Source: Gemmatimonadota bacterium
GTDB lineage: Bacteria; Gemmatimonadota; Gemmatimonadetes; Palauibacterales; Palauibacteraceae
DNA length: 64,000 nucleotides
Assembly (NCBI GenBank): GCA_965116475.1
Contig: OZ220691.1
Coordinates: forward strand, 1,600,001 to 1,664,000
Reading direction: 5' to 3'
The notes beneath the pieces were generated by a model. That model saw nothing but the letters and a program-made list of their open reading frames with translations. It did no database searches and was not told where the DNA came from. The translations under genes and the position numbers were made by a program. This document shows positions 17,437 to 26,942 of the stretch, one piece after another (the stretch's first letter is position 1; each line of letters starts with the position of its first letter).

Positions 17437-18033
17437 ATGCGGAGACTTGTCCTGGCCGCCGCCCTCGCACTGGGCCTGGCCGGAACGCTCGCCATCGGAG
17501 GCGCGGCCCCGGTGAGCGCGCAGGACGCGCAACTGCTCGAAGTGGGCGAAATGGCGCCGGACTTCGCGCTCCCGGGCGCGACGCGGTACGGGGCGCTGGA
17601 GAACCCGATCCGCCTGAGCGACTACCGGGGCGAGACTGTCGTCCTCGCCTTCTTCTTCAGAGTCAGGACGCGTGGCTGAACGGTTCAGATGAGAGCGTAC
17701 CGTGATCAGTACGCAAGTCTGTTCAACGAGGGCCGGAACGTGGTCCTCGTCGGCATCTCGAACGACCCGGTCGACGAACTCGCCTCATGGCTGAAGGACG
17801 AGGATTTCCCCTTCCTGTTCGCGAGCGACGCGGGCAACAGCGGGGGGACCTACGTCGACTTCGGCGGAGGCCTGAGGGACAGCAACGCGGTGGACAGCCG
17901 CGCGGTGATCGTGGTGGGGCCCGATGGGCGCATTGCGGGCGTGATCCCGAGCTTCAACCAGGTCGACCCCGCGGCCTACGACGAACTCGCCGCCATCATC
18001 GACGAGGTGACGCCGGAGGCTGTCGACCCGTAG
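17437..18033 (+). CDS. Exported peroxiredoxin (BCP/AhpC-TSA-like), probable selenoprotein with UGA at 17677-17679
   Basis: Two ORF-track pieces share one frame: ...APDFALP...LSDYRGETVVLAFFFRVRTRG-UGA-TVQMRAYRDQY...LVGISND...FASD...SRAVIVVGPDGRI; the UGA occupies the peroxidatic Cys position. Confidence 0.85.
17686..17721 (+). promoter_or_regulatory. Putative bacterial SECIS hairpin
   Basis: CAGAT/GTCTG lower stem, GCGTAC/GTACGC upper stem, loop CGTGATCA starting 21 nt after the UGA. Confidence 0.65.
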
Positions 18034-18036
18034 GAA

Positions 18037-18612
18037 CTAATCGCCTCCCGCTTGCTGAGCGGAGAGGATGCCGGTGACGGCCCCGACGAGGTCCTGGTCG
18101 GGGCCGACGCCGGTGTAGGCCACCTTCCCATCCGCGTCGAGGATCACGACGATCGAGGTCGTGGTCGCCGAATAGGCGCGCACCGCGGCGCCGTCCGCAT
18201 CCCACAGGTAGGGGTATGCCGCCCCGTGCGCCTCCGCGTGGCGCCTGACGCGGCGCAGCGACTGAGCCACCGCGACCGCCACCGCGACGACGTTCACGCG
18301 GTCGCCGAAGTCGGCCTGCACCCGGTCGATCTCGGGCTGCAGCCCCTCGCACTGTTCGCACCACGCGGCCCAGAACTCGAACAGCGCGGGCTTGCCGTCC
18401 GCGTAGTCGAGAAGCTGGACCTCGTTACCGTCCAGATCCTGCAGCGTGGCGTCCGGACCCTGCGTCCCGGGGGCGAGGCTGACCTGTCCCGCGCCGGCCT
18501 GCGCGTGGAGAGGGGCGGCCGCGGCGAGGGCAGCCAACGCGGCGAGGGCGGCCAGTGCGACGAACAGGATGGCGGTCGCGTAGTGCCGGGTTCGTCCCGA
18601 TTTCGTGTTCAC
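18037..18612 (-). CDS. TlpA/ResA-like thiol-disulfide oxidoreductase, exported
   Basis: FWAAWCEQC; signal peptide; GTG start overlaps the ccdA stop. Confidence 0.88.
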   Translation of the reverse strand: MNTKSGRTRHYATAILFVALAALAALAALAAAAPLHAQAGAGQVSLAPGTQGPDATLQDLDGNEVQLLDYADGKPALFEFWAAWCEQCEGLQPEIDRVQADFGDRVNVVAVAVAVAQSLRRVRRHAEAHGAAYPYLWDADGAAVRAYSATTTSIVVILDADGKVAYTGVGPDQDLVGAVTGILSAQQAGGD

Positions 18613-19370
18613 ATGAAGTATCCCGCCCGGATGAGGTAGAACTGCGCCATCCCGATCATGATGACGGCGGCGGCCCGTTTCATCCAGATCATCCACGTCC
18701 CGGACTTCGGCAGCACGGCGAGCGTCCCCGAGAACAGCCCGACCGCGATGAGCACGGCGGTCATGCCGATGGAGAAGGTGAACAGGTAGACGAAGCCCAT
18801 GAGACCGGCCTGTTCGGCGACGACCCAGGTGAGGACGACGGCAAAGGCGGGCGCCCCGCACGGCGCGGCCACGATCCCGGATGTCGCCCCGAGGAGGAAC
18901 ACCGCGCGGTAGGATCCGCCGCCGCGGCTGCCCGCCCACGCGAGAAGCCGCTTCGGCACCGGGACGGGAAAGACGTCGAGCATGAACAGGGAGAAGAAGA
19001 GGAGGAGATTGCCGGTCGCGAACAGCGCCCAGAAGCTTGCCCCGATCGAGCCCAGGACGGTGCCGCTGAGCCCGGCGATGACGCCGAGCACGGAGTAGAG
19101 GAGCGCCAGTCCAAGGGCATAGGTCAGCGTGAGGCCGATGGTGCGCCGCCGCGACTGACCGCCGCCGGCCGTGCCCGAGATGACGGAGAAGGTGATCGGG
19201 ATCATCGGCCAGATGCACGGGTTCGTGCTCGTGAGGACGCCGGCCGCGAAGAGGGCGCCGAGCGCGAGGAACGGGTTGTCGGAGAGCGCCGGGAGGAGTC
19301 CGCCCGCCGGCTCGACCTGCAGCGCCGCGAGCGCGACCGCCTCGACGGCGCCCGTTGCGACCGGGTCCAT
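18609..19370 (-). CDS. ccdA: CcdA/DsbD-beta transmembrane electron transporter
   Basis: GVLTSTNPCIWPMIP and AAPCGAP with two conserved Cys; multiple TM helices. Confidence 0.88.
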   Translation of the reverse strand: MDPVATGAVEAVALAALQVEPAGGLLPALSDNPFLALGALFAAGVLTSTNPCIWPMIPITFSVISGTAGGGQSRRRTIGLTLTYALGLALLYSVLGVIAGLSGTVLGSIGASFWALFATGNLLLFFSLFMLDVFPVPVPKRLLAWAGSRGGGSYRAVFLLGATSGIVAAPCGAPAFAVVLTWVVAEQAGLMGFVYLFTFSIGMTAVLIAVGLFSGTLAVLPKSGTWMIWMKRAAAVIMIGMAQFYLIRAGYFM

Positions 19371-21526
19371 CACGGGACGAGCGGCTCGGTCGGCGGGCCG
19401 CCGAAGACGATGACGCCGTCCTTCACGACGAGATCGATGTTCCGCAGGTCGGCGATGTCGGCCAGCGGGTCGCCGTCCACGAGGATCAGGTGCGCGCGCC
19501 GCCCGGGCCGCACGGTCCCGAAGTCGTCCTCCTTCCCGAGCCAGCGCGCGCCGTTTGCGGTCGCGGCCCGCAGGATCGCGGCGTTGGGCACGCCGGCCTC
19601 CGCGTACGCCTCGAGTTCGTTGAACAGCCCCACGTTGTCCGTGCCCGCGAGCAGCGGGACCCCGGCCTCGACCGCGCGCCGGACGAACTCGCCCATGCGC
19701 TCGTACGCCTGCCGCGCGTTGTGGAACTCCTCGAGCGAGAAGCGCTCGCGGTCGCCGTCGTCGACGTCCTGGATGTAGAGGGTCGGGTCGAGTCCCGTCT
19801 CCGTCTCGGCCATGAGTTCGAGGAGCGACAGGACCTCGGGGCTGGCCGGGTCGATCTCCCGCCAGTCGGCCTGCATGCGTCCGACCGGGTTCCGTCCGCC
19901 ATCGAGCGACATGTCCCGTCCGTCGGCCTGGATCTCGAGCGGGAGGAAGTCGCGCCATACGCGAATGTGGTTGAACCCGCTGATGCCGGCTTCGATCGCC
20001 TGCCGCCAGCTCGTGCGGACCCCGATGTGGCCGGTGACCGGCAGCCCCTGCACGCGCGCCTCCGCCACGACGGCCGCAAGCACGTCGGGGTCGAGGAGGA
20101 AGTACGCCTTCAGCAGGTCGACGCCCTGCGCCTTCAGCGCGCGGACGAGCGCCGGAGCGGCCGCGGGGTCGTCGATGCTCACGTCGACCAGGGGATGGTA
20201 GCCGGCGGGGCCGTCGATCAGGGGGCCGGCCGTGTACACGTCGGGGCCGGCCAGCACGCCGAGACGCACCGCGTCCTTGAAGTCCATCGCGTCCTGGATC
20301 GCCGATCCCGGATCGCGGATCGCGGTGATCCCGGCGGCCAGCAGGTCGGCGCCGGCGAGAGGCTGCCAGTAGTGGTAGTGGTTGTCCATCAGCCCCGGGA
20401 GCAGCATGCGGCCGCCGCCGTCGATGACCGTCGTGCCGGGCCCGGCCGCGGGCACCTCGTCGTCCTCCCCCGTCCGTACCTCGGCGATCCGCCCGTCACG
20501 GACGAGGACCGACGACCCGGGAACCGCCTCGTCGCCCGTGCCGTCGAACAGGCGGACGTTCGTGATCAGCACGTCTTCGCCGGGGTCCTCGGCCACCTCG
20601 AACCTGGCCTCGAAGGGGATGGGCGTGAACTCGCCGCTCTCCAGGTCCAGCCGCTGCATCCGCCGCCCGCCGAGGACGAGCAGCCACTCGCCGGACGGGT
20701 GGAAGGCGAGCTGCTTCTGGTCGAAGGCGCTCGGGAACTGCTTCGTCTCCCCCGGCTCCCCCACCGCCGACACGACGAGCTGATCGGCGCCGTTGTGCGT
20801 CCTCACGTGCGCGCGGCGCCTGCCATCCGCGCTCCACGCCACGGCCATCTCCCGCTCCGCCGTATCCGTGACCCGTTCGAGCGACATCTCCTCCAGGTCG
20901 AGTTCGTACAGGTCCGTGCCGTCGAAGCGCCCCGTTTCGAGGAGGATGCGGCTCCCGTCCGGCGAGAGGGCGAACGACCACTCGTGCCAGCTCCGCGTGT
21001 GCGTCAGCTGTTCCGCCTCGCCGCCCGCGAGCGGGATCCGCCACACGTGCGCCTCGTACTGCGAGCGGTCGTCGACGAAGAAGAGCTGGCTCCCGTCCGG
21101 ATGGAACTGCATGTGCCCCACCGACCCCGGGACGCCGTGCAGGAAGCGAACGCCCCCGGTGGCCATGTTGCGGACGAGGATGTCGGCCCCCTGGCGGGAC
21201 CTCGCGGCGTAGGCGAGGAAGCGGCCGTCCGGCGACCAGGCGGGGCGCGTGTCCCACGAGGCGCCGTCGGTGAGCTGGCGCGCCGTCCCGCCCTCGGCGG
21301 GAAGCGTCCAGATCTTCCCCAGGATGGAGACGGCGATCGTCGACCCGTCCGGCGAGAACGCGGGATCCCGGGCCCCGATGTCCACGGTGGCGTGCGACTG
21401 CGCCTGCAGCGCTCCGGTTCCGGCCGCGGAACCCGTTGCGACCCCGAACCCGGCGACGGCCGCGGCGAGCCCGCCCCTCCGTCTCATCGGCCTCATCAGT
21501 CTCATCAGCCCGTTCCGCGCGTTCAT
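19370..21526 (-). CDS. Amidohydrolase with an N-terminal TolB-like (PD40) beta-propeller
   Basis: PAFSPDG and PAWSPDG repeats; LLPGLMDNHYH, VTGH, AGTD, GTVRPGRRAHLILVDGDP; ATGA overlap with the upstream gene. Confidence 0.87.
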   Translation of the reverse strand: MNARNGLMRLMRPMRRRGGLAAAVAGFGVATGSAAGTGALQAQSHATVDIGARDPAFSPDGSTIAVSILGKIWTLPAEGGTARQLTDGASWDTRPAWSPDGRFLAYAARSRQGADILVRNMATGGVRFLHGVPGSVGHMQFHPDGSQLFFVDDRSQYEAHVWRIPLAGGEAEQLTHTRSWHEWSFALSPDGSRILLETGRFDGTDLYELDLEEMSLERVTDTAEREMAVAWSADGRRRAHVRTHNGADQLVVSAVGEPGETKQFPSAFDQKQLAFHPSGEWLLVLGGRRMQRLDLESGEFTPIPFEARFEVAEDPGEDVLITNVRLFDGTGDEAVPGSSVLVRDGRIAEVRTGEDDEVPAAGPGTTVIDGGGRMLLPGLMDNHYHYWQPLAGADLLAAGITAIRDPGSAIQDAMDFKDAVRLGVLAGPDVYTAGPLIDGPAGYHPLVDVSIDDPAAAPALVRALKAQGVDLLKAYFLLDPDVLAAVVAEARVQGLPVTGHIGVRTSWRQAIEAGISGFNHIRVWRDFLPLEIQADGRDMSLDGGRNPVGRMQADWREIDPASPEVLSLLELMAETETGLDPTLYIQDVDDGDRERFSLEEFHNARQAYERMGEFVRRAVEAGVPLLAGTDNVGLFNELEAYAEAGVPNAAILRAATANGARWLGKEDDFGTVRPGRRAHLILVDGDPLADIADLRNIDLVVKDGVIVFGGPPTEPLVP

Positions 21527-22539
21527 TCCGGCAACTCTCCGTTCAGTTCCATGTACACCCGCCGGATGGCGCGCAGCTTCTGGCTGTCCCGCAGCGACCA
21601 CTCCTCGACATCGCCGAACGTGACCGCCTGCGCCGCCTCCTCGGCGCTCAACCCCTCGCCGTGAAGCCGCGTCGCCTCCTCCACGACGGCCCACACCGCG
21701 TCCCGGAACGATACCAGTTCCGCCTCGAGGATCGCCGGCGACTCCATCACCCCGTGCCCCGGCACGTACACGTCCACGTCCATCTCGATCGCGCGATCCA
21801 GCATCGCGACCCACTCGGACGGATACGCCGAGCGCATGGCCGGGAAGATGTGCTTCAGGTACGTCTCGCTCATGAACAGCACCTTGCCCTCGGGCAGGTA
21901 GACGACGAGGTCCCCGCCCGTGTGGGCGCGGCCGAGGTGCAGGAGCCGGATCTCGCGGCCGCCGAGTTCGAGCACCGTGTCGGTCCCCACGATCTCCGTC
22001 GGGACGACGACCGGCGGTGCATCCTCGGGCCGGTTGGGGTTCGCCGCGCTCGCCTCCAGGATCGCCGCCGAAGTCGGGTGCGCGAAGAAGCGGGCGCCCG
22101 CCGGGAAGGCCGAGTTACCGCCCGTGTGGTCTCCGTGATCCGAGGCGACGATGACGTGCGTGATCGGCTGGTCGGTGATGCCCGCGACCGTGTCGACCAG
22201 CCGCTGCGTCTCTTCGGGACTCTCCTGCCCGTCCGCGACGAGTACGCCCTCCGGGGTGACGACGATGAGGCTCACCGTCGTGATGACCTCGCCCCCGGTG
22301 GCGTGGATCTGCTCGTAGGCGTAGATGTCCTCCGCGACCTCGATCACCCTCGGGTAGTCCGCGTCCGCGAACCCGTGCGCGTAGGGATCCGATGTCGCCG
22401 GCCCCGCCGCGGCGGCGTCCGGTGCGCCGGAAGCGGCCGCGTTCGCCGCCGTATCCGATGAGGTGTCGTCCGGCGCCGCGCAGGCGACGAGAAGTGGAAG
22501 AGCGAGCCAGGAAACGGGGGGAGAAAACCGCCGACCCAT
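21523..22539 (-). CDS. Metallo-beta-lactamase-fold hydrolase lipoprotein
   Basis: Lipobox LVAC; SDHGDHTGGN, AHTGGD, VPGHG. Confidence 0.85.
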   Translation of the reverse strand: MGRRFSPPVSWLALPLLVACAAPDDTSSDTAANAAASGAPDAAAAGPATSDPYAHGFADADYPRVIEVAEDIYAYEQIHATGGEVITTVSLIVVTPEGVLVADGQESPEETQRLVDTVAGITDQPITHVIVASDHGDHTGGNSAFPAGARFFAHPTSAAILEASAANPNRPEDAPPVVVPTEIVGTDTVLELGGREIRLLHLGRAHTGGDLVVYLPEGKVLFMSETYLKHIFPAMRSAYPSEWVAMLDRAIEMDVDVYVPGHGVMESPAILEAELVSFRDAVWAVVEEATRLHGEGLSAEEAAQAVTFGDVEEWSLRDSQKLRAIRRVYMELNGELPE

Positions 22540-22613
22540 CGTCAAGCCTCCGTGAGCGAGAGAACCCGACTCGAATCTTCTCCCCGGAAGGGAGGCGCCC
22601 GCCAGACCTGGTG

Positions 22614-24110
22614 TCATGTAGCGGACGGCCGCCCAAGCGCGTGCTCGAACACGGCGTCGACAGCCAGACAGCGCTCGACGGTGTCGGCGAGGCGGTCGAG
22701 TTCGCGGTCGATCGATCCGCCCCAGGCCGCCGCAGCGGGCCGGAGGCCGAGCGAACCGAGCCAGCCCGCGCGCAGGCGATCGTTCCTGAACGCGCCGTGC
22801 AGGTAGCACCCCCAGTGCGCGCCATCGGCGTGCCCGAGGTCGCGCGGCCCGTCGGCGAGCCACGGCCGGAGCCCGGGCGCGGCCCGCGTGCGCCCGTGGT
22901 GGATCTCGTAGCCGGCTACGATCTCCCCCTCCGCACCGTCCAGCCAGCCCGGCGGCGCCGCGGTGATGCGCGCGCTCGTCTGCCGTGTCTCCTTGCCGAG
23001 AGCGAGTTCGGTGCGCACGTCCAGGATGCGCAGTCCGTGTTCCTCGCCCCCGCCCTCGATGCCGGCCGGGTCCGCGATGCGGCGTCCCATGATCTGATAT
23101 CCGGCGCAGAGGCCCACCACGGGGATGCCGTCCGTCGCGAGGGCGCGAACGGCGTCCGCGAGGCCGGTGCGCTCCATCCAGCGGAGGTCGTCGAGGGTGT
23201 TCCGCGAGCCCGGGAGGATGATGGCGGCGAGGCCGGGCGGGGCAGTGAGGGCGGCCAGGTCGCGCGCGCGACGAACCCAGCGCAGGCGCACACCCGGTTC
23301 GCGGCGCAGGGGGTCAAGGTCGTCCAGGTTGGAGGCGCGGGGGTAGGCGGCTGCCGCGATGGCAGGAGCGTCCGCGGGTCCGGCATCGAGGGCCGGTCCG
23401 CCATCTTCTTCAGGGAGGTTGTGGTCGAGCCAGGGGACGACGCCCAGGACGGGCACGCCGGTGCGCTCGCGCAGGGTTTCCGGGGCGGGCGCGAGAAGCG
23501 CCGGATCCCCCCGGAATCGGTTGAGGATGAAGCCGCGGAAGAGGGCCCGGTCGGCCGCGGAGAGCAGCGCCCAGGTGCCGTAGAGGGAGGCGAAGGCGCC
23601 GCCGCGGTCGATGTCGGCGACGAGCACGACGTTCGCCGAGGCGTGGCGGGCCACGGCCATGTTGACGATGTCGCTCTCGCGCAGGTTCGTCTCGGCCGGG
23701 CTGCCCGCGCCCTCGGCGATCACGAGTTCCGCGCGGTCGCGGAGGCGGGCGAGCGCCTCGGTCACGACGGGCCAGAGATGGGGCTTGCGCTCGCGCCACG
23801 GAAGGTCGGTCGCGCCGCGGTCCGTGCGTCCCAGGCGGACGACCTCCGAACGCGTGTCGGCGAGCGGCTTGAGCAGGACCGGGTTCATGTCGACGTGCGG
23901 GTCCAGTCCCGCGGCCCGCGCCTGCAGCGCCTGCGCGCGCCCGATCTCGCCGCCTTCGGCCGTGACCGCGGCGTTGTTGGACATGTTCTGGCCCTTGAAG
24001 GGAGCAACGGCGATCCCGCGGCGGCGGGCGAGCCGACAGAAGGCCGCCGTGAGCAACGACTTGCCGACGCCGGAGCCCGTGCCCTGCAGCATGAGGACGG
24101 GTGCGCTCAC
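22614..24110 (-). CDS. cobQ: Cobyric acid synthase
   Basis: MLQGTGSGVGKS, PFKGQNMSNN, EGAGSPAE, DIDRGG, GLCAGYQ, GYEIHHG, YLHG. Confidence 0.96.
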   Translation of the reverse strand: MSAPVLMLQGTGSGVGKSLLTAAFCRLARRRGIAVAPFKGQNMSNNAAVTAEGGEIGRAQALQARAAGLDPHVDMNPVLLKPLADTRSEVVRLGRTDRGATDLPWRERKPHLWPVVTEALARLRDRAELVIAEGAGSPAETNLRESDIVNMAVARHASANVVLVADIDRGGAFASLYGTWALLSAADRALFRGFILNRFRGDPALLAPAPETLRERTGVPVLGVVPWLDHNLPEEDGGPALDAGPADAPAIAAAAYPRASNLDDLDPLRREPGVRLRWVRRARDLAALTAPPGLAAIILPGSRNTLDDLRWMERTGLADAVRALATDGIPVVGLCAGYQIMGRRIADPAGIEGGGEEHGLRILDVRTELALGKETRQTSARITAAPPGWLDGAEGEIVAGYEIHHGRTRAAPGLRPWLADGPRDLGHADGAHWGCYLHGAFRNDRLRAGWLGSLGLRPAAAAWGGSIDRELDRLADTVERCLAVDAVFEHALGRPSAT

Positions 24111-24799
24111 AGCTCCAGCCCGGGTTGCGCCCCGATGCCGCGGGTGCGGTAAGGGTGCTTGACCTCCTTCATCTCGGTGACGAGATCCGCGAAATCGATG
24201 AGTTCGGGCGTGGCCATGCGCCCGGTGATGACCACGTGCGTCCCGGCCGGACGATCGCGGATCGGGGGCAGCACCTCGTCGTGATCGAGCCAGCCGTACG
24301 CGAGGGGGTACGTGAGCTCGTCGAAGATCACGATGTCGTAGCGCCCGGAGTCGAGCACCTCCCGGCACCGTGCCCAGCACTCGCGCGCCAGGGCCCGGTC
24401 CTCCTCGATGCGCTCGCTCAACCAGGTGAAGCCCGCGCCCATCGGCACGATCTCGACCCCGAGCTTCTCCGCCGCGATGTGCTCGCCCCGCTGGACTCCT
24501 TCGGTCTTGAGGAACTGCAGCATGGCCACGGTCATGTCACGGCCGCGGGCGCGCAGCAGCGTGCCGAGCGCGGCCGTCGTCTTCCCCTTGCCGTCGCCGG
24601 TGTTGAGGATGACGAGGCCGGTGCGCTTCTGGCGGGGCGGGACGCGGTAGGGACCGGGCGTCCTCTGCTTCGGCACCGGGGCCTTCGGATGCCGCGCCGA
24701 CCGGTCGCCGGTCGAGCACATGGGATCGGCGGTGTCCCGGGGCGCGGGGCGGCAGCGTGGGCGGCAGCGGTCCGGGCTCCGCTCATCGTCCTGGGTCAC
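24107..24799 (-). CDS. cobO: Corrinoid adenosyltransferase (CobO/BtuR type)
   Basis: NTGDGKGKTTAALG, QFLK, FDEL, VITGR, EMKEVKHPY; start uncertain. Confidence 0.95.
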   Translation of the reverse strand: MTQDDERSPDRCRPRCRPAPRDTADPMCSTGDRSARHPKAPVPKQRTPGPYRVPPRQKRTGLVILNTGDGKGKTTAALGTLLRARGRDMTVAMLQFLKTEGVQRGEHIAAEKLGVEIVPMGAGFTWLSERIEEDRALARECWARCREVLDSGRYDIVIFDELTYPLAYGWLDHDEVLPPIRDRPAGTHVVITGRMATPELIDFADLVTEMKEVKHPYRTRGIGAQPGLEL

Positions 24800-25950
24800 G
24801 AGGGGCCTCCTGCGGTCGTTGTGTGAGCGGCGATCTCGTCTGAAGTGGCGATCTCGTCCAGGGCCGCGATCTCGTCGAGCGCGGCGAGGAAGCGCTCCTC
24901 CTCGGCACGTCGCCTAACCGAGACCCGAATGTGCCCGGGAAGCCCGAAGGAGGCCGCGTGACGCACGCGGATGCCTCGAAGCCTGAGGGCGTGGGCGGTG
25001 GCGGCCGCATCGGGGACCGCCGCGAGGACGAAGCCGGTGACGGATGGACCCGGACGCCACCCGCGCCGGACGAGCGCCGCGGACAGAATCCGGCGCCGTG
25101 CGGCGATGCGGCCGAGGCTTTCGTCGAGCCGGGCGAGGGCGCGCGGGGCCAGCGCCGCCCGGAGCGCGGCCTGGGCGACCGAGGACACGGGCCAGGGTGG
25201 GGCGGCGCATGCGAGGGCGTGGAGGATCCCGGGCGCCGCGACGGCGGCGGCGAGGCGCAGCCCGGGCACGCCAAGGTCCTTGGTGAACGAGCGCAGGTGC
25301 AGGACGCGGTCGTCGCCGGGAAGGTGGGGCGGTGCGAGGCGCCCGGCCGCGAAGGACCTGTACGACTCGTCGATCACCAGCAGTGTCCCCGCGGGCATCC
25401 GGTCCGCGAGCCGGGCGACGCTCTCGTCCGAGGGTGCTTCGCCGGTCGGGTTGTTCGGAGTGCAGAAGAAGGCGACCGGCGGCCGCAGCCGGGCGACGCG
25501 ATCGGAGAATCGTTCGAGCCGCAGCCGGAAATCCGGAGCGACCCCTCGCACCTCGTGAACTTCCCCGCCCTGGACCGCTACGGCGCGACGGTACTCGCCG
25601 AAGGTGGGGCCGCACACGACCACCGGGTCGCCGGGCCGAATCCAGCAGCGGGCGATCCGGTAGATCAGCTCGGAGGCGCCGGGCGCGAGAAGGAGTCGCT
25701 CGGGGTCGAGTTCCCAGACGCCGGCCAACCGTGCGCGCGCCCGGCTCGAAGCCGGATCCGGATAGGCGTCGAGCGGTGCGTCGGCTACCGCCCGGCGCAC
25801 CGCCTCGTCCGGGAGATACGGGTTGATGTTGGTGCTGAGATCGACGGTCACGGGGGGATATTCGACGTCCTGCTCGTACCCCGGTCCGCCGTGGAACTCC
25901 GGCGGCGCCCCGGCGAGGCGGGGGTCGGGACGCGGGGGACGCCAGGTCAT
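24796..25950 (-). CDS. cobD: L-threonine-O-3-phosphate decarboxylase (PLP class I/II)
   Basis: HGG, DLSTNINP, PNNPTG, DESY, RSFTKDLGVPGLRL; cob-cluster context. Confidence 0.85.
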   Translation of the reverse strand: MTWRPPRPDPRLAGAPPEFHGGPGYEQDVEYPPVTVDLSTNINPYLPDEAVRRAVADAPLDAYPDPASSRARARLAGVWELDPERLLLAPGASELIYRIARCWIRPGDPVVVCGPTFGEYRRAVAVQGGEVHEVRGVAPDFRLRLERFSDRVARLRPPVAFFCTPNNPTGEAPSDESVARLADRMPAGTLLVIDESYRSFAAGRLAPPHLPGDDRVLHLRSFTKDLGVPGLRLAAAVAAPGILHALACAAPPWPVSSVAQAALRAALAPRALARLDESLGRIAARRRILSAALVRRGWRPGPSVTGFVLAAVPDAAATAHALRLRGIRVRHAASFGLPGHIRVSVRRRAEEERFLAALDEIAALDEIATSDEIAAHTTTAGGPS

Positions 25951-26942
25951 GAGCGGCATGCCCTCGCGGCGACGACCAGCCCGACGCCCAGCCACGCCGC
26001 GCGGCGGATCAGAGCGGCGGCCGCGTCGATGTCGCCGGCTTCGGGTCGGGCGCCCGCGGCGTTCAGCGTGTAGGCGCCGGGTTTGCGGAGCCGGACGCCC
26101 AGAGCGAGCGCGGCAGCGGCCATCGGCCACCCGGCGTTGGGCCCCGCCGCGCGGGACGCTTCACGCGGGAGAAGATGGAACACGCCGGCAGTCGCCGGGC
26201 GGATCCCGTGGCGGCGAAACGGTTGAGATGCCGCGGCCATCACGATCAGGACGGCCGCCAGCCGGGCGGGCACGAAGTTGAGGAGGTCGTCGGCACGCGC
26301 CGCCGGCTTCCCATACCAGATCAGGTCGGGCGTGCGGTAACCGAACATCGCGTCGGCGGTGTTGACGACCCGGTAGACCCAGGCCCCGGGCAAGCCGGCG
26401 GCCAGGTAGGCGCAGGCGGGCGCCACCACCGAGTCGCAGAGATTCTCGGCCAGCGACTCGATCGCCGCCGAGGCGCAGTGAGAGGCGTCCAGCGCGCTCG
26501 TGTCGCGGCTGACCAGATCCCACGCCAAGTGGCGCCTCGCTCCGTCGAGGTCCCCGGCCCCGAGTGCGGCGGCCACCCGTTCGCCCGCCTCGGCGAGCGG
26601 CTCGAGGGCCAGCGCCGGGTGCAGGAGAAGAGCTTCGGTCCCCGCCGCCAGGAGTGTAGCGGGCAGCGGGCACCCGGCGGACTCCCGGGAGGAGCGCCCG
26701 CGCCGCGCGGTCAGGGAACGCGAGGTCGCGGCAGCGAGGGCCGACACCGCCGCCAGCGCCGCCGCCCCCTCGACGAGACTTCCCAGCGGCCTTCGGCTGC
26801 GCCCAAGTCGGCGCGCGCCGCCCAGCAGGACACCGATCGCCCGCACCGGGTGAAGGCGGGGCTGGCCCAGGATCCGATCGAGGACGAGGGCGCCCGCCAG
26901 GCTCAGCCCCAGGAGGCGTGGGGTCCGACACCCCGTGCTCAT
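25947..26942 (-). CDS. cbiB: Adenosylcobinamide-phosphate synthase
   Basis: HPV, LVSRDT, ESLAENLCDSVVAP, YRVVNTADAMFGY, NFVPARL, PNAGWP. Confidence 0.94.
   Translation of the reverse strand: MSTGCRTPRLLGLSLAGALVLDRILGQPRLHPVRAIGVLLGGARRLGRSRRPLGSLVEGAAALAAVSALAAATSRSLTARRGRSSRESAGCPLPATLLAAGTEALLLHPALALEPLAEAGERVAAALGAGDLDGARRHLAWDLVSRDTSALDASHCASAAIESLAENLCDSVVAPACAYLAAGLPGAWVYRVVNTADAMFGYRTPDLIWYGKPAARADDLLNFVPARLAAVLIVMAAASQPFRRHGIRPATAGVFHLLPREASRAAGPNAGWPMAAAALALGVRLRKPGAYTLNAAGARPEAGDIDAAAALIRRAAWLGVGLVVAARACRS

Noticed and set aside
17437..18033. Peroxiredoxin pseudogene or two separate genes
   Set aside because: The stop is UGA exactly at the catalytic residue, the frame is preserved and a hairpin follows, so Sec recoding is the simpler explanation
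15761..22539. Antibiotic-resistance beta-lactamases (serine and metallo folds)
   Set aside because: Only fold-level motifs; the MBL has SDHGDH rather than HxHxDH, and such families are mostly general hydrolases
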